Shown here: positions 17,640 through 25,319 of the stretch, in pieces
Numbering within the stretch: the first letter of the stretch is position 1
Layout of the letters: each line of letters begins with the position of its first letter
Virus record (IMG/VR): IMGVR_UViG_3300022178_000855
Coordinates: 1-26,270 of that record
Reading direction: 5' to 3' (one strand)
Source of the DNA: a virus
Taxonomy: Duplodnaviria > Caudoviricetes
DNA: 26,270 bases
Notes under the pieces: model-generated
What the model saw: the letters and a program-made list of their open reading frames with translations, nothing else
What the model was told of the DNA's origin: nothing
The model's database searches: none
Made by a program: the position numbers and the translations under genes

Positions 17640-17870
17640 TTAGGAGTTGGCCTTGCGTTCTTGTTGCAGCTTTTGTTCTCTGTTCTTTTCCCACTGTCTG
17701 GTCGCACCCATAAAGTCTCCAGATAGAGGGTCTAGCTTAGAACGAACAGCACTTACAATTCTTCTTGCTATCTTGTCGCAATCTAAACAAGGTATGTGGG
17801 TACAATCATCTTCAACAAATCTCTCATTGACATGACCGTCCTCACACTTAAACTCTAAGATAATACGCAT
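17640..17870 (-). CDS. Zinc-ribbon protein (FmdB-like)
   Basis: 76 aa with EFKCEDGH...CLDC...RRIVS, i.e. CxxxH and CxxC ligands. Confidence 0.75.
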   Translation of the reverse strand: MRIILEFKCEDGHVNERFVEDDCTHIPCLDCDKIARRIVSAVRSKLDPLSGDFMGATRQWEKNREQKLQQERKANS

Positions 17871-18130
17871 TAAGCTGCTTCGTCTTGGTCTTCTTCTTCA
17901 GCCAAAGCCTGCTCTTCTGCTTCTCTAAGTTGATTCTCTAAAGTAAGGATGCTACCAAGAACTGACAATTGCCCTTTACGGAAGTGCAGGTCTTCTCCAT
18001 TTTTAGTGTACTCAACAGAGTTGATGTTGTTTGCGTTGTTCTCTAGGTCAGACATTAAAGTCTTCCAACCTTGTGTAGCAAACATATCAGATGCGTTGCG
18101 GTAATATAGCTCTAAATCTTTATCAATCAT
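17870..18130 (-). CDS. Phage hypothetical protein (head module)
   Basis: 86 aa with F.T.GWK and LHFRKGQL motifs. RBS GGAG; coupled to the next gene. Confidence 0.8.
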   Translation of the reverse strand: MIDKDLELYYRNASDMFATQGWKTLMSDLENNANNINSVEYTKNGEDLHFRKGQLSVLGSILTLENQLREAEEQALAEEEDQDEAA

Positions 18131-18178
18131 TACTGTTTCTCCGTTAAGGACAGTTATTTAAGTGTGTGTTACCTAGTT

Positions 18179-18207
18179 ATTATACCATAAAAGTATAAGA
18201 AAGTCAA
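18179..18207 (-). promoter_or_regulatory. sigma70 promoter for scaffold/capsid genes
   Basis: Minus strand TTGACT-17 nt-TATAAT with an extended -10 (TGGTATAAT). Confidence 0.85.
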
Positions 18208-18335
18208 GCTTTATTTGCTTTTTTACTTGACTTCTTAGCTGGTTTGTTGTATATAGCGTCCCAGTTGCTAGCAAACTTGGCTGAATCGGTCTTTCTAGTG
18301 GCACTTCCCTTGCCACCGTGTGTCTGACCCTTCAT
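18204..18335 (-). CDS. 43-aa basic protein (not in the ORF track)
   Basis: MKGQTHGGKGSATRKTDSAKFASNWDAIYNKPAKKSSKKANKA; ATGA overlap with the upstream ORF. Confidence 0.75.
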   Translation of the reverse strand: MKGQTHGGKGSATRKTDSAKFASNWDAIYNKPAKKSSKKANKA

Positions 18336-18421
18336 CGCTTTACTGGCTTCTTGACTGGCTTTTTCTTCTTCTTAGGTGGTCTTCCGACCTTTGTTCCGTA
18401 TGTACCTGTACCGTATGGCAT
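18332..18421 (-). CDS. 29-aa Lys-rich peptide (not in the ORF track)
   Basis: MPYGTGTYGTKVGRPPKKKKKPVKKPVKR; SD GAGGA upstream; starts 1 nt after the previous stop codon. Confidence 0.75.
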   Translation of the reverse strand: MPYGTGTYGTKVGRPPKKKKKPVKKPVKR

Positions 18422-18422
18422 G

Positions 18423-18683
18423 TCATTTCCTCGATTTAGCGCCAGAACACTTCCAGCGTTTACGTGATAAGTTATTAGGGGTGTTAGGGTCGTTCTGTTT
18501 AGCCTTGGGTAAACCCTTCTTAATACCTAGGCTTCTAGCGCAGTAGCTATCTCCTTTAGAAGTCCCCGCCTTTACACGAGGGCCTCCGTCCTTGGCTTTG
18601 CCTGCTTGACCGTAGCTAACCTTCTTACCGCTAGCTGTTACCTTAACCTTAGCCTTACCCTTTGCTGGTTTTCTTGTCGCCAC
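18423..18683 (-). CDS. Basic phage protein (YCARS...NDPNTPNNLSRKRWKC)
   Basis: The ORF track gives 18423..18716; GTG at 18683, preceded by AAGGAG, is the likelier start (86 aa). Confidence 0.75.
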   Translation of the reverse strand: MATRKPAKGKAKVKVTASGKKVSYGQAGKAKDGGPRVKAGTSKGDSYCARSLGIKKGLPKAKQNDPNTPNNLSRKRWKCSGAKSRK

Positions 18684-18813
18684 TAGGCTTCTCCTTCTTT
18701 CCAGCGGCAGAACCAATAATGGCGGCTTCTAGTCTTTCTATCCGCTTGTTAATTTCGTCAAATCTATTGTTGACCTGAGCTACTACGTTTTCTAAATCGC
18801 GTGTGCTTATCAT
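18655..18813 (-). CDS. 52-aa coiled-coil protein (not in the ORF track)
   Basis: MISTRDLENVVAQVNNRFDEINKRIERLEAAIIGSAAGKKEKPSGDKKTSKG; ATGA overlap with the portal stop codon; SD GGAG. Confidence 0.75.
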   Translation of the reverse strand: MISTRDLENVVAQVNNRFDEINKRIERLEAAIIGSAAGKKEKPSGDKKTSKG

Positions 18814-20831
18814 AACGTGTTATCTCCTTGAGGCTCAAAAGCTGCTTGGGGGCTTGGTACTGGCGCGGGGGCTGCTTGAGGCGCTGGCGTTGCTTCTACA
18901 TTACCTTCTTTAACAGCTACTTCACGTTCCTTGAGCAACTGCTTAGAGATTTCTAGACGCTTCTGGAACTCCTTGTCATCTGCGTCTCCTGCTTTAAGGT
19001 TTGTTGTTACAGCCTTGATACGATCAATCTCAAGCTCCTGCGGGATGGCTTGCGCTTCCACTGTAATCTTCTGCGCTCTAGCAGCAGACTCTTGTGCCTG
19101 ACCATTGAGTGCAGCAGTCTGTGACGCTTGGAAGGCTGCTTGTTGCTGCTGTGCTGCCTGCTGTGCCTGCTGTGCTTCTGGGTTAGGCTGATTGGCTTGC
19201 TCAAGTACCTGAATTAACTCTTCACGGTTAGACAGGTTCATGTTGTCAATGATGGACATAACCAGCTTAGGATACATAGGAGTGTCTGGTGACATGGTTT
19301 GTAGGAGCTGCACAAGCTGTGTAACCTCATACTCACGAGCAATAATACCTAACGAGCTAGACGTATGGAACTTGTAGTCAGCTACTGGGTACATCTCTGG
19401 CTCAAACTGCATATACCTATAAGCTGCTTTCGTAACAAAAGGAATCACAAAAGACTCTTGGAAGTTAATAAGAGTACGCTTGTGGCGCTTAATGATAGCA
19501 CCTAGTGACATAGATACACCAGCAGCAGTAGCATCGCCATTAACAGAACCAGCAATACCTGCTGAGTCAATAGCGCCTGTAGCTGTCTGTACCATTGTCT
19601 GCAAAGCCTGAGCTTGTGCAAAGGTAATCTGATTAACCTGACCAAAGTTAAACGGCTGTAGGATCTCAGCAGGGTTGCCGTTGGTAAGGATAGTTTTCCC
19701 CGGCTGGATGGTAGGTTTAGCGCCTCTAGGCATACGAGAAGCGTCCATTGCCATCATTGGGTGGATGGTTAGTGCAAGAGCGTCGATTCTAGCGCGTAGC
19801 TCTGTGTCTAACGCCTTCTGACTGTTGTAGCCTTTCTCACATACTCCTCTGCCCCAGAAGCGACTAGGAACGACATCCCATGGGAATGCTACGATAGGTC
19901 GATCCTGCATCATGTAGGGGTTAAGCGAAGCCTTGAGCAATGTACCGCCATTGGCGATAACAACAACTGCTTCTACGTAGAACGAATCGTCTTCATCTTC
20001 AAACTCAACAATCTCTTCGTCTTCTGCTTCGTCATCCTTCATTGCTTTCTCAAGCAGGTGACGTGGCACTAGACCATAATACTTAGTAAGACGTACCTTG
20101 TCTTCGTCATAGCGAGTAAGGTCTTGATCAGGCTCAATGTCAAAGTCTGGAGTAGCTGAAACAATGTCTACATCACGGTATACACCGCTTTCTTGTAACA
20201 TCTCTACTGAGTGAGACGAAACAAACTCATCTACAGCACAACCTAGAGCTGAGTCAATGTCAGTAGCGACTGGGTCAATAAGGAAGTTCTGAGGCATTAC
20301 AGGGCGTAGTTTAACGCATGTTCGGTCGATAATGTTAACACCAACCGCTGTTAGCTCACCGCCCAGTACAGGCTGTGTGGCTGGAGCCATTTCTTTTTCT
20401 TCTTCTATAACAATCTCAGCAATGCCTGTACCGAATACAGCAGCATTAATTAGACACTCAGCTACACCTTTGCGTACCTTGTTCTTCTTAAAGTCTTCTT
20501 CAAGGTGGTTACGCAGCATAACAATGTCTTCTGGACTTTGATCCATGTAGTCGTCTTTAATATCAAACCACTTACCACGACCAAAGGTAGCTTCTTCTAG
20601 CTCTGCTACTGACGACTCAACAGCCTGCTGTAGCGCAGGAGAGATAATCTTAGAGCGTTCTGAGGTACGTGCTTGATCCTGTGCAGACCATTGTCCACGC
20701 CACAGGCGATAGTACTCGTCAAAGCGTTGTGAGTAATTAGCCTCGAAGTGATCTCTCCAGCCATCACACTTCTGTATAACCCAATCTTCTAGGTGTTGTT
20801 CGGTAGCGAAACCTTCATTATCTTCTAGCAT
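18810..20831 (-). CDS. Portal protein (P22-like)
   Basis: 673 aa directly after TerL, with AAVFGTGI, FLIDP and FWGRGV motifs and a Gln-rich C-terminal barrel-like region. Confidence 0.9.
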   Translation of the reverse strand: MLEDNEGFATEQHLEDWVIQKCDGWRDHFEANYSQRFDEYYRLWRGQWSAQDQARTSERSKIISPALQQAVESSVAELEEATFGRGKWFDIKDDYMDQSPEDIVMLRNHLEEDFKKNKVRKGVAECLINAAVFGTGIAEIVIEEEKEMAPATQPVLGGELTAVGVNIIDRTCVKLRPVMPQNFLIDPVATDIDSALGCAVDEFVSSHSVEMLQESGVYRDVDIVSATPDFDIEPDQDLTRYDEDKVRLTKYYGLVPRHLLEKAMKDDEAEDEEIVEFEDEDDSFYVEAVVVIANGGTLLKASLNPYMMQDRPIVAFPWDVVPSRFWGRGVCEKGYNSQKALDTELRARIDALALTIHPMMAMDASRMPRGAKPTIQPGKTILTNGNPAEILQPFNFGQVNQITFAQAQALQTMVQTATGAIDSAGIAGSVNGDATAAGVSMSLGAIIKRHKRTLINFQESFVIPFVTKAAYRYMQFEPEMYPVADYKFHTSSSLGIIAREYEVTQLVQLLQTMSPDTPMYPKLVMSIIDNMNLSNREELIQVLEQANQPNPEAQQAQQAAQQQQAAFQASQTAALNGQAQESAARAQKITVEAQAIPQELEIDRIKAVTTNLKAGDADDKEFQKRLEISKQLLKEREVAVKEGNVEATPAPQAAPAPVPSPQAAFEPQGDNTL

Positions 20832-20833
20832 AG

Positions 20834-22087
20834 TTAATAGCCTGCGTATTTGTCTAGGAATTCGTAGTCGTCTTCTTCATAGTCAAAAGCGTAAGCAACC
20901 TTAGCTAACTGGTCTATGTACGCTAGTGAGTCTATCAAGTCATCGTGGACTAATGGATTAGGAAACTGGAACAACTCATCGAGGAACTGAGGATTCCACT
21001 TGCCCTTGTTTAATGTGATGTTGCCGTGTTCAAAGCGTCCTTGCAACGCCCACACAATTCTATCTACTTTCTTCTTGTTACCGTGAGTAAGCTCTTCTAC
21101 TCTAAAGAAGCGTTGATTCTTCTTCATCTGATCGTTTAGGTACGGGAACACAGCGTTCTTTAGCGCACCCTTCTCAATACCAACAGCAACAGGCTTATAC
21201 TTGTCTACCGCTCCGAAGATCTTTCGTGCGGTCTCTTCAACGCCCCATCGCCCATGTATGATGTCAGCAACCCACCAGCCTTCAACACCCGCTTTAACAA
21301 CAGATATAGCTGTTTGGTCAAGGCGCTTAGTCTTGGTAGTGACTTTCTGTACGTCTGCGAAACCAGCCAAATCGACAGCAATGTAGAAATCACCATCTTC
21401 TGGCTCCTCCTCAGAGAATGTAACATCTTCTTCTTTAAACAGTTCACTACCGTGAGCCTCAAAGGATGCCATGAACTCCTGACGGAAACTAAAGGCTGAC
21501 ATAGACTTCTCAGCAGCTCTAATCTCTTCAGGGTCTAACAGTGGGTTGTCGAAGCTAGTAAAGTGGTAACCAACAAATGTATCGTCCTTCGATACACTAG
21601 CGTACTGGTACAGGTCGTAGAAATGATTACGTCCCATTGGCGTACCAATGAACATCGCATCACCCTTCTGATCCGCAAGAGCTGGACGTAGGATTTGCTC
21701 CCACACCTCTGGCTTCATATCGGCGTATTCGTCCATAACCAAGAACTTGAGGCTAACACCTCGCATAGTCTCTGGTCTATCTGCACCCTTTAGGGTTAAC
21801 AAAGCACCGTTGATAAACTTAATCTGTAGGTTGTTGACATGACTAGAGGCTATAACACTATGTCCTAGCTCAAGCAGCATCTGCCACATAATGTCCCTAG
21901 CCTGACCCTGTGTAGGGGCAACGTAGAACACCTGACCTTTCTTAGCATTCAGACAAGCAAGTATCAAAGCCCAGCCAGCTAGACGACTCTTGCCTGTACG
22001 TCTACCAGCAGCTACAACTTTAAAGCGTGTAGGGTCGCTGTATACTGTTTGCTGCCAAGGAAGTAACTCAACCTTTAAATCAGCCAA
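20834..22087 (-). CDS. terL: Terminase large subunit
   Basis: Walker A AGRRTGKS, Walker B FLVMDEYA, coupling motif FIGTP, and nuclease motifs AVDLAG and HDDLIDSLAY. Confidence 0.95.
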   Translation of the reverse strand: MADLKVELLPWQQTVYSDPTRFKVVAAGRRTGKSRLAGWALILACLNAKKGQVFYVAPTQGQARDIMWQMLLELGHSVIASSHVNNLQIKFINGALLTLKGADRPETMRGVSLKFLVMDEYADMKPEVWEQILRPALADQKGDAMFIGTPMGRNHFYDLYQYASVSKDDTFVGYHFTSFDNPLLDPEEIRAAEKSMSAFSFRQEFMASFEAHGSELFKEEDVTFSEEEPEDGDFYIAVDLAGFADVQKVTTKTKRLDQTAISVVKAGVEGWWVADIIHGRWGVEETARKIFGAVDKYKPVAVGIEKGALKNAVFPYLNDQMKKNQRFFRVEELTHGNKKKVDRIVWALQGRFEHGNITLNKGKWNPQFLDELFQFPNPLVHDDLIDSLAYIDQLAKVAYAFDYEEDDYEFLDKYAGY

Positions 22088-22088
22088 G

Positions 22089-22469
22089 CTAGTAGCACCA
22101 CATTACAGGAGACTCGTTACCGTCAAGACTGCGGATGTCAACATGCACAAAACCGTTAGCAACTCCAATTCCCGTAAAGCCCATCTTAATGGCCTCTTCA
22201 ACAACTGTGTACCTTTGTGTCCCGTTACTAACTTTAATGTCCGCTGCAATTCCTTGGGCATGGGTTCCTGCTTTCTCCTTCTTTTTCTTTCTTTCGATGG
22301 GGTGGTCTTCTGATCTATAACCACTCGTGATGACGAAGGGGAATGCACACCTAGCACGTAACAAATCTAACTTCAGGAGCAATACATCACTGATCTCGTT
22401 CTCGCCAGTGTACTGACAAGCGAACTCTTCTCTAGTGAAGTAATCTAAATCGTTGTTAATGTTATACAT
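22089..22469 (-). CDS. Peptidase M15A-family endolysin (Zn peptidase)
   Basis: YFTREEFAC, ITSGYRS, H..GIAADI and FVHVD motifs. ATG 22469, overlapping the terS stop, is preferred over 22505. Confidence 0.85.
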   Translation of the reverse strand: MYNINNDLDYFTREEFACQYTGENEISDVLLLKLDLLRARCAFPFVITSGYRSEDHPIERKKKKEKAGTHAQGIAADIKVSNGTQRYTVVEEAIKMGFTGIGVANGFVHVDIRSLDGNESPVMWCY

Positions 22470-22839
22470 CGGTATAATCCCCTTCAATGGGTTCTTCTTC
22501 ACCACCGCTTATAACAGTGGTTTCGCCTCCAACGCCTGTGATGGAGATATTAATGGCACTCTTACCGCCGTTAACCTTATCTTTCTCGAAGTAACTAACA
22601 GGTAATAACCTATCCATACACAGCTTCCATGCCGCTGCTTGATTCTTATGGTCGTCATCGAGTGCTGCGCTAAGAATGCTGTCTAACACCTTCCTACTCT
22701 TAGGAGATGCTAACATCCTTGCTTTATATTCGTTAATGGTAGCTGCATCGCCCTTGGGTCTACCTAATGCTTTGCGCTTACCTTTGGTAACACTCGCCAC
22801 TGTAGACTTCTTAGGTCTACCTATCTTCTTTTCAGCCAC
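22462..22839 (-). CDS. terS: Putative terminase small subunit
   Basis: 125 aa with GRPK twice, a helical core (AAAWKLCMDRLLP) and a C-terminal beta strand INISITG. It is the first late gene, upstream of TerL. GTG start with GAGG SD. Confidence 0.65.
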   Translation of the reverse strand: MAEKKIGRPKKSTVASVTKGKRKALGRPKGDAATINEYKARMLASPKSRKVLDSILSAALDDDHKNQAAAWKLCMDRLLPVSYFEKDKVNGGKSAINISITGVGGETTVISGGEEEPIEGDYTDV

Positions 22840-22862
22840 AGAATTGCCTCTATTGAGATTCC

Positions 22863-23030
22863 CTATACAGTCTATACAGCTCTTTAAAGCTCTTTAAAGC
22901 TGAAGAGACTTTAAAGCTTTAAAGCTCAAGAGATGTTTGAAGGCTAAGTGATAATCATTATTTGATCCTCAATTCCTCGCTACAATCTTTATTACTTTAA
23001 AGCTTTAAAACTAATCATTGAACTATATAG
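22863..23030. repeat. Cluster of palindromic CTTTAAAG octamers in the late leader
   Basis: CTTTAAAG at 22882, 22892, 22909, 22917 and 22995 (imperfect copy at 23003); CTATACAG at 22863 and 22872; CTATATAG at 23023. Confidence 0.85.
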
Positions 23031-23032
23031 CT

Positions 23033-23061
23033 ATTATAGCATATTTCTGAGCAAAAGTCAA
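23033..23061 (-). promoter_or_regulatory. sigma70 promoter heading the late operon
   Basis: Minus strand TTGACT-17 nt-TATAAT with an extended -10 (TGCTATAAT). Confidence 0.85.
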
Positions 23062-23435
23062 GCATTATTATTGCTTTTGTTAACATATCTTTCTAGATCT
23101 TGGTTAACCCTGTTAAGATAACACCCCTGTTCCTTCTTTGGCGGATTCTGAGCAATAACAGCGTCTCCGCAGTGGCTTTTTTATTCCTTTAGAATCAACA
23201 ACATAGACTATATAGCTGTTAGCTATTACTGCCTTGTTCTTTATAGTCTATTTTGCTCTTTTTTAGTGTCTGGTAGGGTACACCAACAATTTAAAAGCTA
23301 CGCAGCCCTCCCCCGTCCCCTCTAGCATACCCCGCTGACTATGTCAACACCTCAGCCCATTCATCTGCTGAATAGTCACTATAGTTTCTACACAGTTGTA
23401 AGAGAGGGTGCGGTAAGGTACTGACAAGCACTACC

Positions 23436-23540
23436 TAGCATCACTGACAATGATACCTAGACTGTTTAGTATCACTGATAATGATGGCGCTAATCTGTAG
23501 CAATGTCCATGCCAACATAGCATCATTGATAGTTATGATA
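23436..23540. repeat. Three imperfect ~20-bp direct repeats with internal dyad symmetry
   Basis: TAGCATCACTGACAATGATA (23436), TAGTATCACTGATAATGATG (23467) and TAGCATCATTGATAGTTATGATA (23518). Confidence 0.7.
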
Positions 23541-23596
23541 GTCTAATCCATTATCACCCCAGACTATATGATCCTAGAAGCTCCTAGATTACCGCC

Positions 23597-23651
23597 TAAG
23601 CCTGCTTAGTCTAAGCCTATGTCCTAGTATTGGTTAGCCGCTAAACGCGCT
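23597..23651 (+). repeat. 55-bp conserved element, copy A
   Basis: TAAGCCTG-N-TTA-N7-CCTAT-N2-CCTAG-N14-TAAACGCGCT; gapless 36/55 match to 25552-25606. Confidence 0.75.
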
Positions 23652-23867
23652 AATCGCTACAGCCCAGTGGTGGCGTGACCTGTAGAGGCGCTGATATTCT
23701 AGTGGTTATCTGGTTATATGTTAGCGCCAGCATATAGCTAAATAGTATTAGTAATGCTCGTTACTATCCTGTATACGCGCGCCCGTTCTTTATCTAGGCT
23801 GTTATATCTGACCATCTACCATCAATCAAATGAATGGACACTATAACTATAACGAATAGCCCAGGTG

Positions 23868-23895
23868 TTGACTCTATATGCTAGCGCCCTATAAT
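23868..23895 (+). promoter_or_regulatory. sigma70 early promoter
   Basis: TTGACT-16 nt-TATAAT, about 60 nt upstream of the first early ORF. Confidence 0.75.
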
Positions 23896-23954
23896 AGAAC
23901 CATCAACACGGCGCAGCGAGCGCGATACTTAATCACTATATAAGGTAATACACT

Positions 23955-24275
23955 ATGCAAAAAGCACACTTACACTTAATCAAATGGGCCGTGAAACGTG
24001 GCTATTCTGTGGCTGTATATGGTGAAGGCGAATTTGACGGCCTCCACAGTACATATAAAGATATCAAAGATGCTGTTGAGGGTTGCGACATGGGCCAAAT
24101 GGTTTTGCTAACACCCAGCGTTAAACAGGAGGGTAAGTTGGTAAATTTAGGTAGCTTTGCTTACATGTTTGAGTATGATCAGGAACCAGATGAAATAATT
24201 TATGATTATGGCGTTAATGAAATAACAGACGCATGGGCGGCTGATTACGCGCAAACGGAATACGAAGCAGCCTAG
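23955..24275 (+). CDS. Early hypothetical protein
   Basis: 106 aa with an acidic C-terminal half; SD TAAGGT. Confidence 0.8.
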   Translation: MQKAHLHLIKWAVKRGYSVAVYGEGEFDGLHSTYKDIKDAVEGCDMGQMVLLTPSVKQEGKLVNLGSFAYMFEYDQEPDEIIYDYGVNEITDAWAADYAQTEYEAA

Positions 24276-24324
24276 TTGGTTTATCAGGTAACATTGGCAA
24301 CAGTGTTACCGCATAATCCAACTA
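24273..24324 (+). promoter_or_regulatory. Long intergenic RNA hairpin, RNase III-site-like
   Basis: TAGTTGG-T-TTAT-CA-GGTAACATTG-GCAA-CAGTGTTACC-GC-ATAA-T-CCAACTA: about 21 bp, GNRA loop, internal loop, no U-tract. Confidence 0.7.
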
Positions 24325-24346
24325 AACAAACAACGGGAATAACACA

Positions 24347-24535
24347 ATGACAAACTACAAATCAGCGGCCAGTATCATTAGCGAATGCACCACACAGGAC
24401 GCGCTGCAATCTGCAGCCATAGCAATCAAAACAGGCTACAATCATCACCTGCTAACAGAGCGCGAGTTTATGGCGCTGGACCTAAAGTGCTGCGATAAGC
24501 TAGACCAAATAAAAGAAAAGCAAGGGGCGCTATAA
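24347..24535 (+). CDS. Early hypothetical protein
   Basis: 62-aa ORF with SD GGGA, coupled to the next ORF (TAATG). Confidence 0.7.
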   Translation: MTNYKSAASIISECTTQDALQSAAIAIKTGYNHHLLTEREFMALDLKCCDKLDQIKEKQGAL

Positions 24536-24687
24536 TGAATTCAGCATATAAAGCTATGGTTAAACGTGAAGCGCGGCAGCTCCTGGTTATAAAGGTTTTC
24601 GCTGGCGTTTTGTTTGTCGCGGGTAGTTCGGCATTGATTGCGCTACTCTATACGGGTCTAATCACTTTCCTTTCTTTAAGTCTTTAG
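24535..24687 (+). CDS. 50-aa early membrane protein (not in the ORF track)
   Basis: MNSAYKAMVKREARQLLVIKVFAGVLFVAGSSALIALLYTGLITFLSLSL; TAATG overlap; SD AAGGGG. Confidence 0.7.
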   Translation: MNSAYKAMVKREARQLLVIKVFAGVLFVAGSSALIALLYTGLITFLSLSL

Positions 24688-24698
24688 GAGTTATAACA

Positions 24699-25091
24699 AT
24701 GAGCAATTACACTATACAATTAGAAGGCGCTGCAAAGGATGCTTATATTGCTGCACATTTCAACACACCAGCACCAGCACAAAACGCGGGCATTATAAAG
24801 GCGCTGGACGTTTACGATTTCAGACAAGCCTTCCAAGACTACGGCAGGGGCGCACAATTCAGCTATAACGCTCTTACAGCATTGTTTGAATGGTTAGAAG
24901 AATTAGCGGCAGACACTGACACACCTTACGAGCTGGACGTCATCGCCCTATGCTGTGAGTTTAGCGAATATAGCGACCTTGCAGAGATACAAGCAGACTA
25001 CAGCGGCTCAGATATTGATAATATCGACGATTTACGCGACCTCACTAGCGTCATAGAGTTTGACGGTGGCTTAATCATTCAACAGTTTTAA
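24699..25091 (+). CDS. Highly acidic early protein
   Basis: 130 aa with 24 D/E against 5 K/R, and the motif DF..AF....R..QFSY..L.ALFEWLEE...ELDVIALCCEFSEY. SD AGGAG. Confidence 0.85.
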   Translation: MSNYTIQLEGAAKDAYIAAHFNTPAPAQNAGIIKALDVYDFRQAFQDYGRGAQFSYNALTALFEWLEELAADTDTPYELDVIALCCEFSEYSDLAEIQADYSGSDIDNIDDLRDLTSVIEFDGGLIIQQF

Positions 25092-25103
25092 GAGGGTTAT
25101 ATA

Positions 25104-25319
25104 ATGACTAACAGACAAAAAATAGAAGATCTATACATCGATTGGTTTAATAATTTCCTGACAGTGCCGCGCTTTGCTGAGTACTACGGCCTAACAGAAG
25201 CGCAAGCGCATAGAGTTATAACCACGGGGCGCACGTTAAACCATAGGCGACCCACACTAACAGACCATTGGGCGCGATTGCGTCGCGACTACCCCGCCAT
25301 TGAGAGGGCTACAAAATGA
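25104..25319 (+). CDS. Early hypothetical protein, possible helix-turn-helix
   Basis: 71 aa containing DWFNNFLTVPRFAEYYGLTEAQAHRVI; SD GAGGG. Confidence 0.75.
   Translation: MTNRQKIEDLYIDWFNNFLTVPRFAEYYGLTEAQAHRVITTGRTLNHRRPTLTDHWARLRRDYPAIERATK

Noticed and set aside
15971-22897. Minor overlapping ORFs in the head/packaging region (e.g. 15971, 16006, 16611, 17322, 17647, 19007, 20332, 21201, 21205, 21254, 21990, 22103, 22135, 22676)
   Set aside because: They overlap confident genes in other frames or strands and lack start signals or recognisable motifs, including any spanin lipobox.
22944-22963. Fur-box-like sequence TGATAATCATTATT (14/19 to consensus) in the late leader
   Set aside because: The context is AT-rich, the site is about 65 nt downstream of the predicted start site, and it is equally explained by the 12-mer shared with the 26077 cluster and by the uORF. 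It cannot be supported as iron regulation.
23436-23540. Mini-CRISPR array
   Set aside because: The repeats are only ~20 bp and degenerate, with unequal spacers (11 and 31 nt) and no cas genes.
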